NCBI GenBank assembly: GCA_964441145.1 | Contig: CAYTUB010000004.1 | Span: 1 to 62,665, forward strand | DNA from: an uncultured Acidimicrobiales bacterium | GTDB lineage: Bacteria > Actinomycetota > Acidimicrobiia > Acidimicrobiales > SHLQ01 | Length of the DNA stretch: 62,665 bases | Direction of reading: 5' to 3' | Part shown: in pieces, positions 45,286 to 54,988 of the stretch | Numbering within the stretch: position 1 is the first letter of the stretch | Layout of the letters: each line of letters begins with the position of its first letter | The notes under the pieces: model-generated | Database searches by the model: none | What the model was told of the DNA's origin: nothing | What the model saw: only the letters and a program-made list of their open reading frames with translations | Made by a program: the position numbers and the translations under genes

Positions 45286-47724
45286 ATGACTGATGTTCCA
45301 CAGGGCCACCTGTATCTGGGCGGGGTACTCGATCCATCAAACGGCGAGCGCACGGGCGATCCGGTGCACCTCGAAGCGAGCGATCTCACCACCCACGGCG
45401 TGATCGTGGGTATGACGGGATCGGGTAAAACCGGCCTGTCGGTGATCATGCTCGAAGAAGCGCTACTCCAAGGCGTGCCCACGATCATCATCGATCCCAA
45501 GGGCGACATGGGCAACCTGTTGCTCACCTTCCCCGAGCTCGACGGCCCGTCGTTTGAACCATGGGTGAACCCCGCCGATGCCGACCGAGATGGTGTGTCG
45601 GTGGGCGAGCTTGCGAACAAGACCGCCGAGACCTGGAAGAACGGACTCGATGGTTGGGGGATCAGCCCCGATCGGATCGCCGCGCTGCGAGAGAAGGCGG
45701 ACTTCACCGTCTATACGCCCGGTTCGAACTCCGGCGTCGGCCTCGACATCATTGGCGATCTGTCCGCTCCTGAGGGCAGCGACTCCGAGGCGCTCGCCGA
45801 CGAAGTTGAGGGCTTGGTTTCTTCGCTTCTCGCATTGGTCGACATCGAAGCCGATCCGCTCACAAGCCGCGAGCACATCTTGTTGTCGAACCTGGTGCAT
45901 CGTTCTTGGCAGAACGGTGAGGACCTGTCGTTGTCGTCGCTGCTCGGCCAGATTCAGAATCCGCCGATGCGCAAGCTTGGCGTGCTGGAGCTTGAGAGCT
46001 TCTACCCGGCCAAGGACCGCACCAAGCTGGTTCTGAAGCTGAACGGTTTGCTCGCATCACCGGCGTTTGCTTCGTGGATGGAAGGCGAGCCGCTCAACAT
46101 CGACGCGATGCTCGGCCAAGGCCCAAAGGCATCGATCATCTCCATCGCGCATTTGTCGGATTCCGAGCGTCAGTTCGTTGTCACCTTGGTGCTCTCGAAG
46201 GTCGTCACGTGGATGCGCAAGCAGGCCGGCACACCGGAGCTCCGTGCGCTCGTCTACATGGACGAGGTCTTTGGGTACGTTCCGCCAACGGCGATGCCAC
46301 CGACCAAGAAGCCAATCCTGACGATCCTCAAGCAGGCCCGTGCGTTTGGTGTTGGTCTCGTGTTGGCCACGCAGAACCCGGTCGACATCGACTACAAGGC
46401 CATCTCCAATGCGGGCACGTGGATGGTTGGACGTCTGCAAACCGAGCGGGACAAGGATCGTCTGCTCGAAGGCATGACGGCCGCCGGTGGCGGCGCCAGC
46501 AAGAAAGAGCTGTCCGACATCATTTCCGCCCTCGACAAGCGCCAGTTCCTGTTGCATCAGACTCGCGCAACCGAGCCGACCATGTTCGGCACACGCTGGG
46601 CAATGAGCTATCTACCTGGCCCACTGACGCGCACCCAAATTTCCGACCTCATGGAAACCAAGAAGGCCGAGCTGGGAGCCAGTTCCCAAGCGGGCTCCGA
46701 GGGGTCGGTCGCCGCCTCCGGCGCAGCAGGCGCGAGCTCGAGGAGCGCAGCGACGGATGCGAGCCCTGGAGCGAAGCAGGAAGCACTGCGCGACGACGAA
46801 TCCGACATTGCACCTGAAGTAGCCGATGGCATCGACGTCAACTTCATCGATCCAGCTTCACCGTGGCTGGCCGACGTGGGTGGCGACCCGGATGGTCGAC
46901 GTCTGGTTGCTGGCATTGCTGCTCGTGTGAACTTGCTGTTCGACGACACGAAGGCCGACTTGCGTCATGAGGTCGAGTGGGAAGCAATCATTTCGCCCGT
47001 CGATGACGAGATCGATGTCGATGACGCCATCGAGGTCGACTACGACGATCGTGACCTCCGTCGCGAAAAGGTGAGCGAGGACCAAGTCTTTGTGCTCCCA
47101 ACGGCGAAGATCCACACCAAGACCCTGTTCTCCAAGGCGCAGACGCAGCTCAAGGACAAGTTGTACCGGGGCGAGGCCCTCGAATTGTTCTACAACCCGG
47201 AGCTCAAATTGGCCTCTCGTGTGGGCGAGTCGAAGGAAGACTTCGAGCAACGTTGCAATGACGCTGCGGGCGAGAAGGCCGACGAAGACGTGGCGAAGCT
47301 ACGCAAGTCGTTGGAGACGAAGGCAGATCGCGTGCGCGCCGCCATCGAAAAGGGCGAAGACCGCGTACGCGAGCTGGAGGCAGACGTCGACTCGCGAGGA
47401 AAAGACCAAATCTTAGATATCGGCATGTCGGTACTCGGCGGCGTCCTGGGCGGACGCCGCTCCACCCGGTCGATTCTCAGTGGCGCATCCTCAAAACGTC
47501 GGGTGAAGGGCAATGTGGAGGAACGCTTGAAGACGGCGGAGAATCGTCTTGCCGACAAGGTCGACGAGCTCGACGAACTCGAAACTGAGCTCACTGACAG
47601 CCTCTGGGATATCCAATCTGATTGGGACGATAAGGCCAAAGAAATCGACACCATCGAGGTTCCACTCGAGAAGACCGATATCTCCATTGATGAGTTCTCG
47701 CTTATCTGGATTCCCACTCGCTGA
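45286..47724 (+). CDS. YjgR/DUF853-like (HerA-FtsK superfamily) P-loop NTPase with long coiled-coil C-terminal extension
   Basis: THGVIVGMTGSGKTGLSVIMLEEALLQGVPTIIIDPKGDM (Walker A), LVYMDEVFGY (Walker B), and ATQNPVDIDYKAISNAGTWMVGRLQTERD. The C-terminal 300 aa or so are acidic/coiled-coil. Confidence 0.75.
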   Translation: MTDVPQGHLYLGGVLDPSNGERTGDPVHLEASDLTTHGVIVGMTGSGKTGLSVIMLEEALLQGVPTIIIDPKGDMGNLLLTFPELDGPSFEPWVNPADADRDGVSVGELANKTAETWKNGLDGWGISPDRIAALREKADFTVYTPGSNSGVGLDIIGDLSAPEGSDSEALADEVEGLVSSLLALVDIEADPLTSREHILLSNLVHRSWQNGEDLSLSSLLGQIQNPPMRKLGVLELESFYPAKDRTKLVLKLNGLLASPAFASWMEGEPLNIDAMLGQGPKASIISIAHLSDSERQFVVTLVLSKVVTWMRKQAGTPELRALVYMDEVFGYVPPTAMPPTKKPILTILKQARAFGVGLVLATQNPVDIDYKAISNAGTWMVGRLQTERDKDRLLEGMTAAGGGASKKELSDIISALDKRQFLLHQTRATEPTMFGTRWAMSYLPGPLTRTQISDLMETKKAELGASSQAGSEGSVAASGAAGASSRSAATDASPGAKQEALRDDESDIAPEVADGIDVNFIDPASPWLADVGGDPDGRRLVAGIAARVNLLFDDTKADLRHEVEWEAIISPVDDEIDVDDAIEVDYDDRDLRREKVSEDQVFVLPTAKIHTKTLFSKAQTQLKDKLYRGEALELFYNPELKLASRVGESKEDFEQRCNDAAGEKADEDVAKLRKSLETKADRVRAAIEKGEDRVRELEADVDSRGKDQILDIGMSVLGGVLGGRRSTRSILSGASSKRRVKGNVEERLKTAENRLADKVDELDELETELTDSLWDIQSDWDDKAKEIDTIEVPLEKTDISIDEFSLIWIPTR

Positions 47725-47873
47725 GGCCTTCTCAATAGTTCGCGACAAAGGATCCAAAGAATCAGTCAGTTCAACAGGGGATATGCCGATTGATTACTAC
47801 AGGTATTCGGCCGGTCACTACTGCCGAGTATCTCGCTAAAAATGTCCTCTATTGTTAGAAGTATCTACTGAGC

Positions 47874-49373
47874 GTGAGCGAAAACGCGGTGCCGATGTCC
47901 ACAACACAATCTGAAGACGTGGGACGCAAAGACGACCGCGTCATTCTGCACCCCACATCGGCAGTATTTAACGACGGCGAACGCCCATCGAGATTCAACG
48001 CCCGCAAGGCGGCGCTTTTCGTGGCCGATCTCAACGCGGTTGCTCTCTCGCTCCTGATCGCAAACCTGATCCACCCCTCGATCAATCCTGCCGATCCGGT
48101 CGAGCCCTCCACGTACTTTTGGCTGTTTCTTCTGACCTTCCCGATCTGGCCACTCAGTTTCACTCGCCAATTTCTCTACCGTTCCCGCCATATCGCCCGC
48201 AGCGCGGATGAGGCTTTGCGAGTCGTAAAGGCGATCTTCTACGGCTTTATGGGAGTTTTTGCGGTATCGATCTTTGCTCAGATCGTGCTCGCTCGAACCT
48301 TGGCGGTTGTTGCGTTCTTCGTGATGATCGTCGTTGTTGGCATTGAGCGCGGCATTGCCCGGTACCTCTTCAAGAAGGCTCGCTCCGAGGGCGAGAACCT
48401 TCGCAACGTCCTCATCGTGGGCAAGAACGAAGAGGGCGCATTCGTCCGGGACATGCTCGATGGCGACCTCTCACACGGATACTCGGTGTTGGGTTATCTG
48501 GAGGACCAGCTTCCCGAAGGCATCGACGATGTGTCGGACCCGGAGAAGGCGCTCGAAGCAATTAAGTCCGCTGGTGCTGGTGGCGTAATCATCGCTGCGA
48601 CTGGCATCGACGTTGGGACGAGCAACCAGTTGATCCGCACGCTCACCGAAAACGACGTGCACGTCGAGCTCTCCTCGACGTTGTGCGATATCGCGTCGGA
48701 CCGACTCACCATTCGCCCGCTGGGTCGCTTTCCAATGGTGTACATCGAGCCTGTTGAGCGCAACGGCTGGAGGGCGACGGCCAAGCAAGCCTTCGACTAC
48801 GTCCTTGGCGCCCTCTTGTTCTTGGGAACGCTCCCGATCCTGCTCGGTGCAATCATCGGCATCAAAGCAACCAGTCCTGGACCGGTCTTCTTCAAACAGC
48901 TCCGTGTTGGGCGAAACGGTGAAGAGTTCGAGGTCTACAAGCTGCGAACCATGGTCGTCGATGCTGAGGCGCAACTCGAAAACGTTCGCCACCTGAACGA
49001 AGCCAAGGGGCCGATCTTCAAGATCAAGGACGATCCGAGAATCACGAAGATCGGCCGCATCCTTCGCAAGACCTCGGTCGACGAATTGCCGCAGTTCATC
49101 AACGTGCTCCGAGGCGAGATGAGCATCGTTGGGCCGCGGCCAGCGCTTCCAAACGAAGTCGAGCAGTGGCAACCGGTTCTACGGAATCGCCTTCGTGTAC
49201 GCCCTGGTATCACCGGAATGTGGCAGGTCGGCGGACGCCTCGATGGCGACGGCGACGGTGACGACTATGGACAGCTCGATTTGTACTACGTCGACAACTG
49301 GACGCTGGTTACCGATCTCACGATCATCTTGCGCACGGTCCCCGCTGTCTTGCTCCAGAAGGGCTCGTACTAA
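47874..49373 (+). CDS. Polyprenyl-phosphate glycosyl-1-phosphate transferase (WbaP/exopolysaccharide-type 'bacterial sugar transferase')
   Basis: N-terminal TM helices, a Rossmann-like middle, and C-terminal KLRTM...DELPQFINVLRGEMSIVGPRP. Confidence 0.9.
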   Translation: MSENAVPMSTTQSEDVGRKDDRVILHPTSAVFNDGERPSRFNARKAALFVADLNAVALSLLIANLIHPSINPADPVEPSTYFWLFLLTFPIWPLSFTRQFLYRSRHIARSADEALRVVKAIFYGFMGVFAVSIFAQIVLARTLAVVAFFVMIVVVGIERGIARYLFKKARSEGENLRNVLIVGKNEEGAFVRDMLDGDLSHGYSVLGYLEDQLPEGIDDVSDPEKALEAIKSAGAGGVIIAATGIDVGTSNQLIRTLTENDVHVELSSTLCDIASDRLTIRPLGRFPMVYIEPVERNGWRATAKQAFDYVLGALLFLGTLPILLGAIIGIKATSPGPVFFKQLRVGRNGEEFEVYKLRTMVVDAEAQLENVRHLNEAKGPIFKIKDDPRITKIGRILRKTSVDELPQFINVLRGEMSIVGPRPALPNEVEQWQPVLRNRLRVRPGITGMWQVGGRLDGDGDGDDYGQLDLYYVDNWTLVTDLTIILRTVPAVLLQKGSY

Positions 49374-49852
49374 GTAGACGAGCCCTCCGTGGCCCCAGGC
49401 ACCGGACCACAGCAATTCTTGTACTTCACGCCTGACCGACACCAACAAGCGTCGTTGCGTCCTGGCGGCCATTCGATTGCGTTGCCGCTACGAGCTACCT
49501 GTGCGCCCATGGTGGCCCGTGAACGGGCTTCCCCGGCCTCCTCGCCGTACTCGGCTAGCAACGCATCCACATGCAGTGGAGAGACGTCTGGGGAGCCAGC
49601 CTCTCGCTCTGCGGCTGCCTTGAGGTTCGCCTCCACACGTTTGGAGTAGTCATCGTGATCGGCGGGCATTGTGTCGAGAAGTTCGGGCCACAATGCGATT
49701 GCCTTGGACCATTCGTCCTTGGGAAACCACGCCAACGCCCAGACGGTGACCACGCCTTCGCCAGGAACGATTGCTGTCGGGTCCTGTGTGAACGTGAAGA
49801 GTTCGCCGAGCTCTTCTTCACTGATTGGCTTTGGTGCGGGCTCGTTGTCCAT
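49370..49852 (-). CDS. SEC-C motif domain protein
   Basis: C-terminal NDACWCRSGVKYKNCCG zinc-binding SEC-C motif. Confidence 0.7.
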   Translation of the reverse strand: MDNEPAPKPISEEELGELFTFTQDPTAIVPGEGVVTVWALAWFPKDEWSKAIALWPELLDTMPADHDDYSKRVEANLKAAAEREAGSPDVSPLHVDALLAEYGEEAGEARSRATMGAQVARSGNAIEWPPGRNDACWCRSGVKYKNCCGPVPGATEGSST

Positions 49853-49896
49853 CTCGAGGTCTCAGACTAGGTCGCCGAGTCGACAACCAGGATCCC

Positions 49897-50664
49897 TTAG
49901 GGCGCAACCGTGCGTTCGAGCTTGCGATAGAGCGTGTCGAACGCGTCGGTGACGTCGGCGGCTCGAGCTCCAAAGCTATGAATGGGCCGACGGGCGCCGA
50001 GAGCTTCGTTCACGATCACTCGTTGAGGAACCGCGGGCTTCCAGATCGTCCGCTTTCCAACGACCTTTCCCAACTCGTCGTAGCGCGCCTCAGCCTCCTT
50101 GGAGACCGGGGGTTGACGATTCACGATGACCCCACCGAGGTCGAGGCCAGGGTTGATGCGATCCCAGACATCGTCGATCATGTCGGCGACCGGCCCCATC
50201 GTGTTGTTCGAGAACGCCGATGGCTCTGCAACCACGAGAGCAACGTCGGCTGCTCCAAGCGCGTTCAGGGTGATTTGACCCAACCCGGCGGGACAGTCAA
50301 GAAAGGTGATGTCGTGGTCGTCATCGACACCCTTCAATACCTTCGACAACACACGCGCAGACGTCTTTGGGCCTCCCTCGGGAAGCCATTGCTGCATATC
50401 CAAGCCGCCAGAAATAACACCGACAGCTGGGCTCCACGACGATGGAGCAACGGCATCTCGACTCGACCCGGTTCCCCCAGCTTTGAGCGCGTCGACCAGT
50501 CCGGTGGGTTCGTCGAGCCCGAGCGCCCAGGCAGCGCTTGCCTGAGGGTCGAGATCGACAGCCATCACCGACCGGCCTTTGGCCAAAGCAGCAGATATGA
50601 GACCGAGGGTGACGGTCGTCTTTCCGACCCCACCCTTTTGGTTGAGGACAGCAACTCTTGGCAT
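49897..50664 (-). CDS. ParA/MinD-family ATPase (orphan)
   Basis: Deviant Walker A VAVLNQKGGVGKTTVTLGL and DLDPQASA. No parB-like gene is adjacent. Confidence 0.85.
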   Translation of the reverse strand: MPRVAVLNQKGGVGKTTVTLGLISAALAKGRSVMAVDLDPQASAAWALGLDEPTGLVDALKAGGTGSSRDAVAPSSWSPAVGVISGGLDMQQWLPEGGPKTSARVLSKVLKGVDDDHDITFLDCPAGLGQITLNALGAADVALVVAEPSAFSNNTMGPVADMIDDVWDRINPGLDLGGVIVNRQPPVSKEAEARYDELGKVVGKRTIWKPAVPQRVIVNEALGARRPIHSFGARAADVTDAFDTLYRKLERTVAP

Positions 50665-50704
50665 TTTTGCCTCCCGCGAGAGATGTAGGGGTCGCCAAAT
50701 CTAT

Positions 50705-50739
50705 GTGCACTTCTCCCCCGTCAAGGTGGAGAAGTGCAC
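50705..50739 (-). terminator. Hairpin downstream of ilvC
   Basis: GTGCACTTCTCC-11 nt-GGAGAAGTGCAC, a perfect 12-bp stem 22 nt after the ilvC stop. The U-tract is weak. Confidence 0.55.
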
Positions 50740-50760
50740 AAATTTTCTAAGACGTGAGAT

Positions 50761-51792
50761 TTAGCCCTGGCCGCCTGCGGCGTCCTTAACGGACTGCTTT
50801 CCAGCTGAAATCCACGGCATCATGCCTCGTAGCGTGGAGCCAACCTTCTCGATGAGGTGGTCCTTGCCCTCTTCTTCCATTGCGAGGAAGTTCTTGCGGC
50901 CTGACTTGGACTCCGCAACCCATTCTTCGGCGAAGGTGCCGTCCTGGATCTCGGTCAGGATCTTCTTCATCTCGGCGCGGGTGTCGTCGTTGACGATGCG
51001 CGGGCCACGGCTGAGGTCGCCGTACTCCGCGGTATCACTCACGCTGTAGCGCATACCGGAGATGCCCTCTTCGTACATGAGGTCGACGATGAGCTTGAGC
51101 TCGTGAAGGCACTCGAAGTAGGCGATCTCTGGTTGGTAGCCAGCGTCGACCAAGGTCTGGAAACCGGAACGAACCAGTTCGGAGGTACCGCCACAAAGCA
51201 CGACTTGCTCGCCGAAGAGGTCGGTCTCGCACTCCTCGGTGAAGGTGGTCTCGATCACGCCTGCCCGGGCGCCACCGATGGCGTCCGCGTATGCGAGGGC
51301 GAGGCCCATGGCGTGACCGCTTGCATCGTTCTCAGCAGCGATGATGGCCGGTACGCCGCCGCCTTCGACGTAGGTACGGCGCACGAGGTGACCGGGACCC
51401 TTTGGTGCGATCATGATCACGTCGACGTCCTCAGGCGGCTCGATCAGATCGAAACGGATGTTGAAGCCGTGGGCGAACGCCAATGCGTTGCCAGGCTCAA
51501 GGTTGGGCAGGATGTGCTCTTCGTAGATCTCTGCCTGCTCGGTGTCTGGAAGCAGAACCATGATGACGTCGGCTTCGGCGGTGGCCTCAGCGATTGACTT
51601 CACCGTGAGACCCGCCTCTTCGGCCTTGGCTTTCGATGACGAGCCGTCTCGCAAGCCGACGCGCACGTCGATGCCTGACTCCTTCAGGTTCAACGCGTGT
51701 GCGTGGCCTTGGGAGCCGTACCCGAGGACCGCGACCTTCTTGTCGGCGATCAACGAACGATCGGCGTCCTTCTCGTAGTAGATGTTTGCCAC
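50761..51792 (-). CDS. ilvC: Ketol-acid reductoisomerase
   Basis: [21 protein letters not shown] and the full-length class I KARI pattern. Confidence 0.96.
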   Translation of the reverse strand: MANIYYEKDADRSLIADKKVAVLGYGSQGHAHALNLKESGIDVRVGLRDGSSSKAKAEEAGLTVKSIAEATAEADVIMVLLPDTEQAEIYEEHILPNLEPGNALAFAHGFNIRFDLIEPPEDVDVIMIAPKGPGHLVRRTYVEGGGVPAIIAAENDASGHAMGLALAYADAIGGARAGVIETTFTEECETDLFGEQVVLCGGTSELVRSGFQTLVDAGYQPEIAYFECLHELKLIVDLMYEEGISGMRYSVSDTAEYGDLSRGPRIVNDDTRAEMKKILTEIQDGTFAEEWVAESKSGRKNFLAMEEEGKDHLIEKVGSTLRGMMPWISAGKQSVKDAAGGQG

Positions 51793-51869
51793 TGTGTGTC
51801 TTTCTGAGTTGAGTTTGCTGGGTGAAATCGTAATCGGTCGGGCCGTTAATGGCTCCGAAAAAGTTCGTC

Positions 51870-52373
51870 CTAGATGCCTGGTATGGCAATCGCTCCGGTT
51901 CGTTGCAGTTCAGCGATGCCAAATGGTTGGAGTTTCTCGAGAAACGCGTCGAGGTCGTCGGGGCGACTCGACAACGAAAGCATCATCTGTCGATCCCGGA
52001 CGCGCAAGACGCTGCCGCTGAACCCTTCGACCAACGACTCGACATCGGCGATCTTTACTTCATCGTCGATCTCGAGGCGGACGAGCACCATTTCGCGCAA
52101 TGCGGAGTGTTCTGGTGATAGCTCCTCGATGTCGACTACATCGATCAGCTTGTCGAGCTGCTTTTTGATCTGGTCGATGGGAGCCGACACTGCGTCGACA
52201 ACGATCGTGATCCGACTGAACCGGTCGTCGATGGGAGCAACAGCCAACGATTCGATGTTGAATCCTCGGCGTGCGAACAGACCGGCGACGCGAGCAAGAA
52301 CGCCCGCCTTGTTTTCGACAAGCACCGCCAGCGTGTGTGTTTCGGTGAGCTGTGAACGCTTCATTTCAGTCAC
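51870..52373 (-). CDS. ilvN: Acetolactate synthase small (regulatory) subunit
   Basis: [33 protein letters not shown] (ACT domain). Confidence 0.94.
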   Translation of the reverse strand: MTEMKRSQLTETHTLAVLVENKAGVLARVAGLFARRGFNIESLAVAPIDDRFSRITIVVDAVSAPIDQIKKQLDKLIDVVDIEELSPEHSALREMVLVRLEIDDEVKIADVESLVEGFSGSVLRVRDRQMMLSLSSRPDDLDAFLEKLQPFGIAELQRTGAIAIPGI

Positions 52374-54112
52374 TGGGCGGTGTCCTTTTGCTGGAATGGA
52401 GGCACGACCACTTCAGAGTTGCTCTTGCCACCGGGAACCATCGGGTACACGTTCTCGTTTGGTTCGGTGACGAACTCGATGACGACCGGCCGATCGTTGA
52501 TGGCGTTGGCTCGTTCGATGGCAGCGTCAACCTCGTCTGGGTCTTCGACTCGGATCGCGACGCAACCCATGGCCTCTGAGAGTTTGACGTAGTCGGGAAT
52601 CGGTCCGCCGAGATCGACCTCGGACAAGCGGTTCTCGTAGAACATCTCCTGCCATTGTCGGACCATGCCGAGGTAGGTGTTGTTGAGCAAGGCGACCTTG
52701 ATCGGGATGCCCTCAACGGCTGCGGTGATGAGCTCCTGAGAGGTCATCTGGAAGCAGCCATCGCCGTCGACTGACCAGACGGTGCGCTCTGGCATGCCGG
52801 CCTTGGCGCCAATGGCGGCCGGAATCGAGTAGCCCATGGTGCCGAGGCCACCGGAGTTCAGCCAGGTATAGGGCTGCTCGAACTTCCAGTACTGGCTCGC
52901 CCACATCTGGTGCTGCCCTACGCCAGAGGCGACGATGGTGTCCGCTGGGGACAGCTCGTGCAGACGCTCGAGCACCATCTGTGGCTTGAGCTTGCCGCCA
53001 GGCTCTGCATCTTCATAGGCGAGTGGATAGTTCTCCTGCCATCCCGAAAGCGTCGAGCGCCAGGCGCCGTGGTCGGCTGGCGCCGACGACCCGATTTCGT
53101 CGAGCATTTGAGCCATGACCCGCTTGGCGTCGCCACGGATCGCGACGTCGGGCATGCGGATCTTGCCGAGCTCTGCGGGGTCGATATCGACATGGATGAC
53201 CTTGGCGTCGGGAGCGAACGAGTCGACCTTGCCGGTGACACGATCGTCGAAGCGACTGCCCATGGCGATGAGCAGGTCGGACTCTTGCATGGCCATGACG
53301 GCGGTGTAGTTGCCGTGCATGCCTGGCATACCAAGGTTGAGTTCATGGCTATCGGGTAGCGCTCCGCGGGCCATCAGGGTGGTGACCACCGGAATGTTGA
53401 GCTTCTCCGCGAGGGCACGAAGCTCGTCGGCTCCACGCGCATTCAAGATGCCGCCGCCGGCATAGATGACCGGACGGGACGCCTTCAGCATCAGTGCAAC
53501 CGCAGCTTTGATGTCGTCTGGCTCGCCATCGAGTACGGGCTTAAAGCCAGGCAGGTCGATAGCGACCGGATCTCGCCACGTCATTGCCGAATCGGGGTTG
53601 CGCACATCGGTGATGTTCTTCGGCAGATCGATAAGCACTGGACCTGGCCGCCCAGTGGTGGCGATGTGGAATGCCTCGTGGACCACCTGGGGAATGTCGT
53701 TGGGGTCTGACACCAGGTAGTTGTGCTTGGTAATCGACATCGTGATGCCGGTCGTATCCGTCTCTTGAAAGGCGTCGGTTCCGATCAGTCCGTAGGGAAC
53801 CTGGCCGGTGATTGCGACCATGGGAACCGAGTCGAGGTACGCATCGGCCAGTGGCGTAACAATGTTGGTTGCCGCAGGTCCGCTCGTCACCATCACAACG
53901 CCCGGCTTACCGGTCGCATGCGCGTAACCCGAAGCCATATGCCCGGCGCCTTGTTCGTGGCGCACCAGCACGTGGCGAGGACCTGATCCTCCAACCATGG
54001 AGTCGTACACAGGCATGATCGCGCCACCGGGATAACCAAATACCACTTCAACACCCTCGAACTCGAGGGCCTTTAGAAGTGCCTGTCCTCCATCCATCTG
54101 CATAATCATCAT
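52370..54112 (-). CDS. ilvB: Acetolactate synthase large subunit
   Basis: ThDP-enzyme motifs (GYPGGAIMPVYD, GLGTMGYSIPAAIGAK, VDGDGCFQM). The true start may be one of ATG 54112, 54109, 54103 or 54097. Confidence 0.96.
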   Translation of the reverse strand: MMIMQMDGGQALLKALEFEGVEVVFGYPGGAIMPVYDSMVGGSGPRHVLVRHEQGAGHMASGYAHATGKPGVVMVTSGPAATNIVTPLADAYLDSVPMVAITGQVPYGLIGTDAFQETDTTGITMSITKHNYLVSDPNDIPQVVHEAFHIATTGRPGPVLIDLPKNITDVRNPDSAMTWRDPVAIDLPGFKPVLDGEPDDIKAAVALMLKASRPVIYAGGGILNARGADELRALAEKLNIPVVTTLMARGALPDSHELNLGMPGMHGNYTAVMAMQESDLLIAMGSRFDDRVTGKVDSFAPDAKVIHVDIDPAELGKIRMPDVAIRGDAKRVMAQMLDEIGSSAPADHGAWRSTLSGWQENYPLAYEDAEPGGKLKPQMVLERLHELSPADTIVASGVGQHQMWASQYWKFEQPYTWLNSGGLGTMGYSIPAAIGAKAGMPERTVWSVDGDGCFQMTSQELITAAVEGIPIKVALLNNTYLGMVRQWQEMFYENRLSEVDLGGPIPDYVKLSEAMGCVAIRVEDPDEVDAAIERANAINDRPVVIEFVTEPNENVYPMVPGGKSNSEVVVPPFQQKDTAQ

Positions 54113-54155
54113 TTCCTATGTGAGCGTGTACCTGGTGAATTCAGTGTGCTGGGGC

Positions 54156-54187
54156 CAAAAACGAAGAAGCCTTCCCGGTTGGGAAGG
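54156..54187 (-). terminator. ilvB leader attenuator terminator
   Basis: On the minus strand: GCCTTCCC-AACC-GGGAAGGC followed by TTCTTCGTTTTT, about 44 nt upstream of ilvB. Confidence 0.75.
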
Positions 54188-54189
54188 CG

Positions 54190-54215
54190 AAGCACACGAC
54201 GAAATCGTCGTGTGC
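54190..54215 (-). promoter_or_regulatory. Leader hairpin overlapping the leader-peptide stop codon
   Basis: AGCACACGACG-ATTT-CGTCGTGTGCT (11-bp stem) starts within the TAG of the leader ORF. Confidence 0.6.
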
Positions 54216-54252
54216 TAAATAACTACTACTACGAGGTTGGCGTGCGAAAACA
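54214..54252 (-). CDS. ilvB leader peptide (M/V)FSHANLVVVVI
   Basis: GTG TTT TCG CAC GCC AAC CTC GTA GTA GTA GTT ATT TAG. Six consecutive Leu/Val/Ile codons lie just before the hairpin and terminator. An in-frame upstream GTG at 54279 would give a 21-aa version. Confidence 0.6.
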
Positions 54253-54258
54253 CCCCGT

Positions 54259-54288
54259 GAGTATGCCAATGAAGTCGCACTCAAGGCA
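54259..54288 (-). promoter_or_regulatory. Candidate ilv promoter
   Basis: Minus strand TTGCCT-N18-CATACT. The -10 ends 6 nt before the leader GTG, which suggests a leaderless leader-peptide mRNA. Confidence 0.35.
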
Positions 54289-54290
54289 AC

Positions 54291-54845
54291 ATGGCAGGCG
54301 TGGTAGGCCAACAGCTTCGTCGAGGTGTCTTCCCCGGTTCGTTCAACCCGCTCACCGTCGCGCACCTAGAAATTGCGCGCCTCGCACGAACGAAACACGC
54401 GCTCGACACCATTGTTCTCACGGTTTCTCGGGTGGCCCTCGACAAGCCCGCTCCCCCGGGCCCAAGCTTTGACGAGCGCCTTGCGTTGTTGCGCGCCGAT
54501 GCCGCTGCACATCCCTGGCTCGAGGTCACCCACACCGACAAACAACTCATTGCCGAGATCGCCGAAGGCTTTGACGTCGTGATTATGGGCGCCGATAAGT
54601 GGGTCCAGGTGAACAATGTCATCTACTACGCCGATGCATCTGCACGCGATGCTGCGGTCGCAGCTCTACCGACCGTGGTGGTCGCAGAACGATCGGGAGT
54701 CGCCGTGTCCGACGACGAGGTTCTGATGCTTGAAACACCCGAAATTCTTCATGATGTTTCCTCCAGCGCCGCCCGTGCTGGAAAACGTGATCTTATGGCT
54801 CCAGAGGCCCGAAAACATTGGGGTAAAGGCACAAAGCCACCCTAA
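54291..54845 (+). CDS. Cytidylyltransferase-fold protein, NadD/NMNAT-like
   Basis: GVFPGSFNPLTVAHLEIA, the (H/T)xGH-type nucleotidyltransferase motif at the N-terminus of a 184-aa protein. Confidence 0.6.
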   Translation: MAGVVGQQLRRGVFPGSFNPLTVAHLEIARLARTKHALDTIVLTVSRVALDKPAPPGPSFDERLALLRADAAAHPWLEVTHTDKQLIAEIAEGFDVVIMGADKWVQVNNVIYYADASARDAAVAALPTVVVAERSGVAVSDDEVLMLETPEILHDVSSSAARAGKRDLMAPEARKHWGKGTKPP

Positions 54846-54988
54846 GATTGAGTCTAAATACCTATCAACTTTGCCCCGCCTGGCCCTTACTGTCCTGTTT
54901 GCCGTACCTTTTGCGTATGGCTGTGGCGGACAGCGCGAAGCGCGTTCTTGACGGAACGGACAGGCGCGAGCCTGATAGGAGCAACAAC

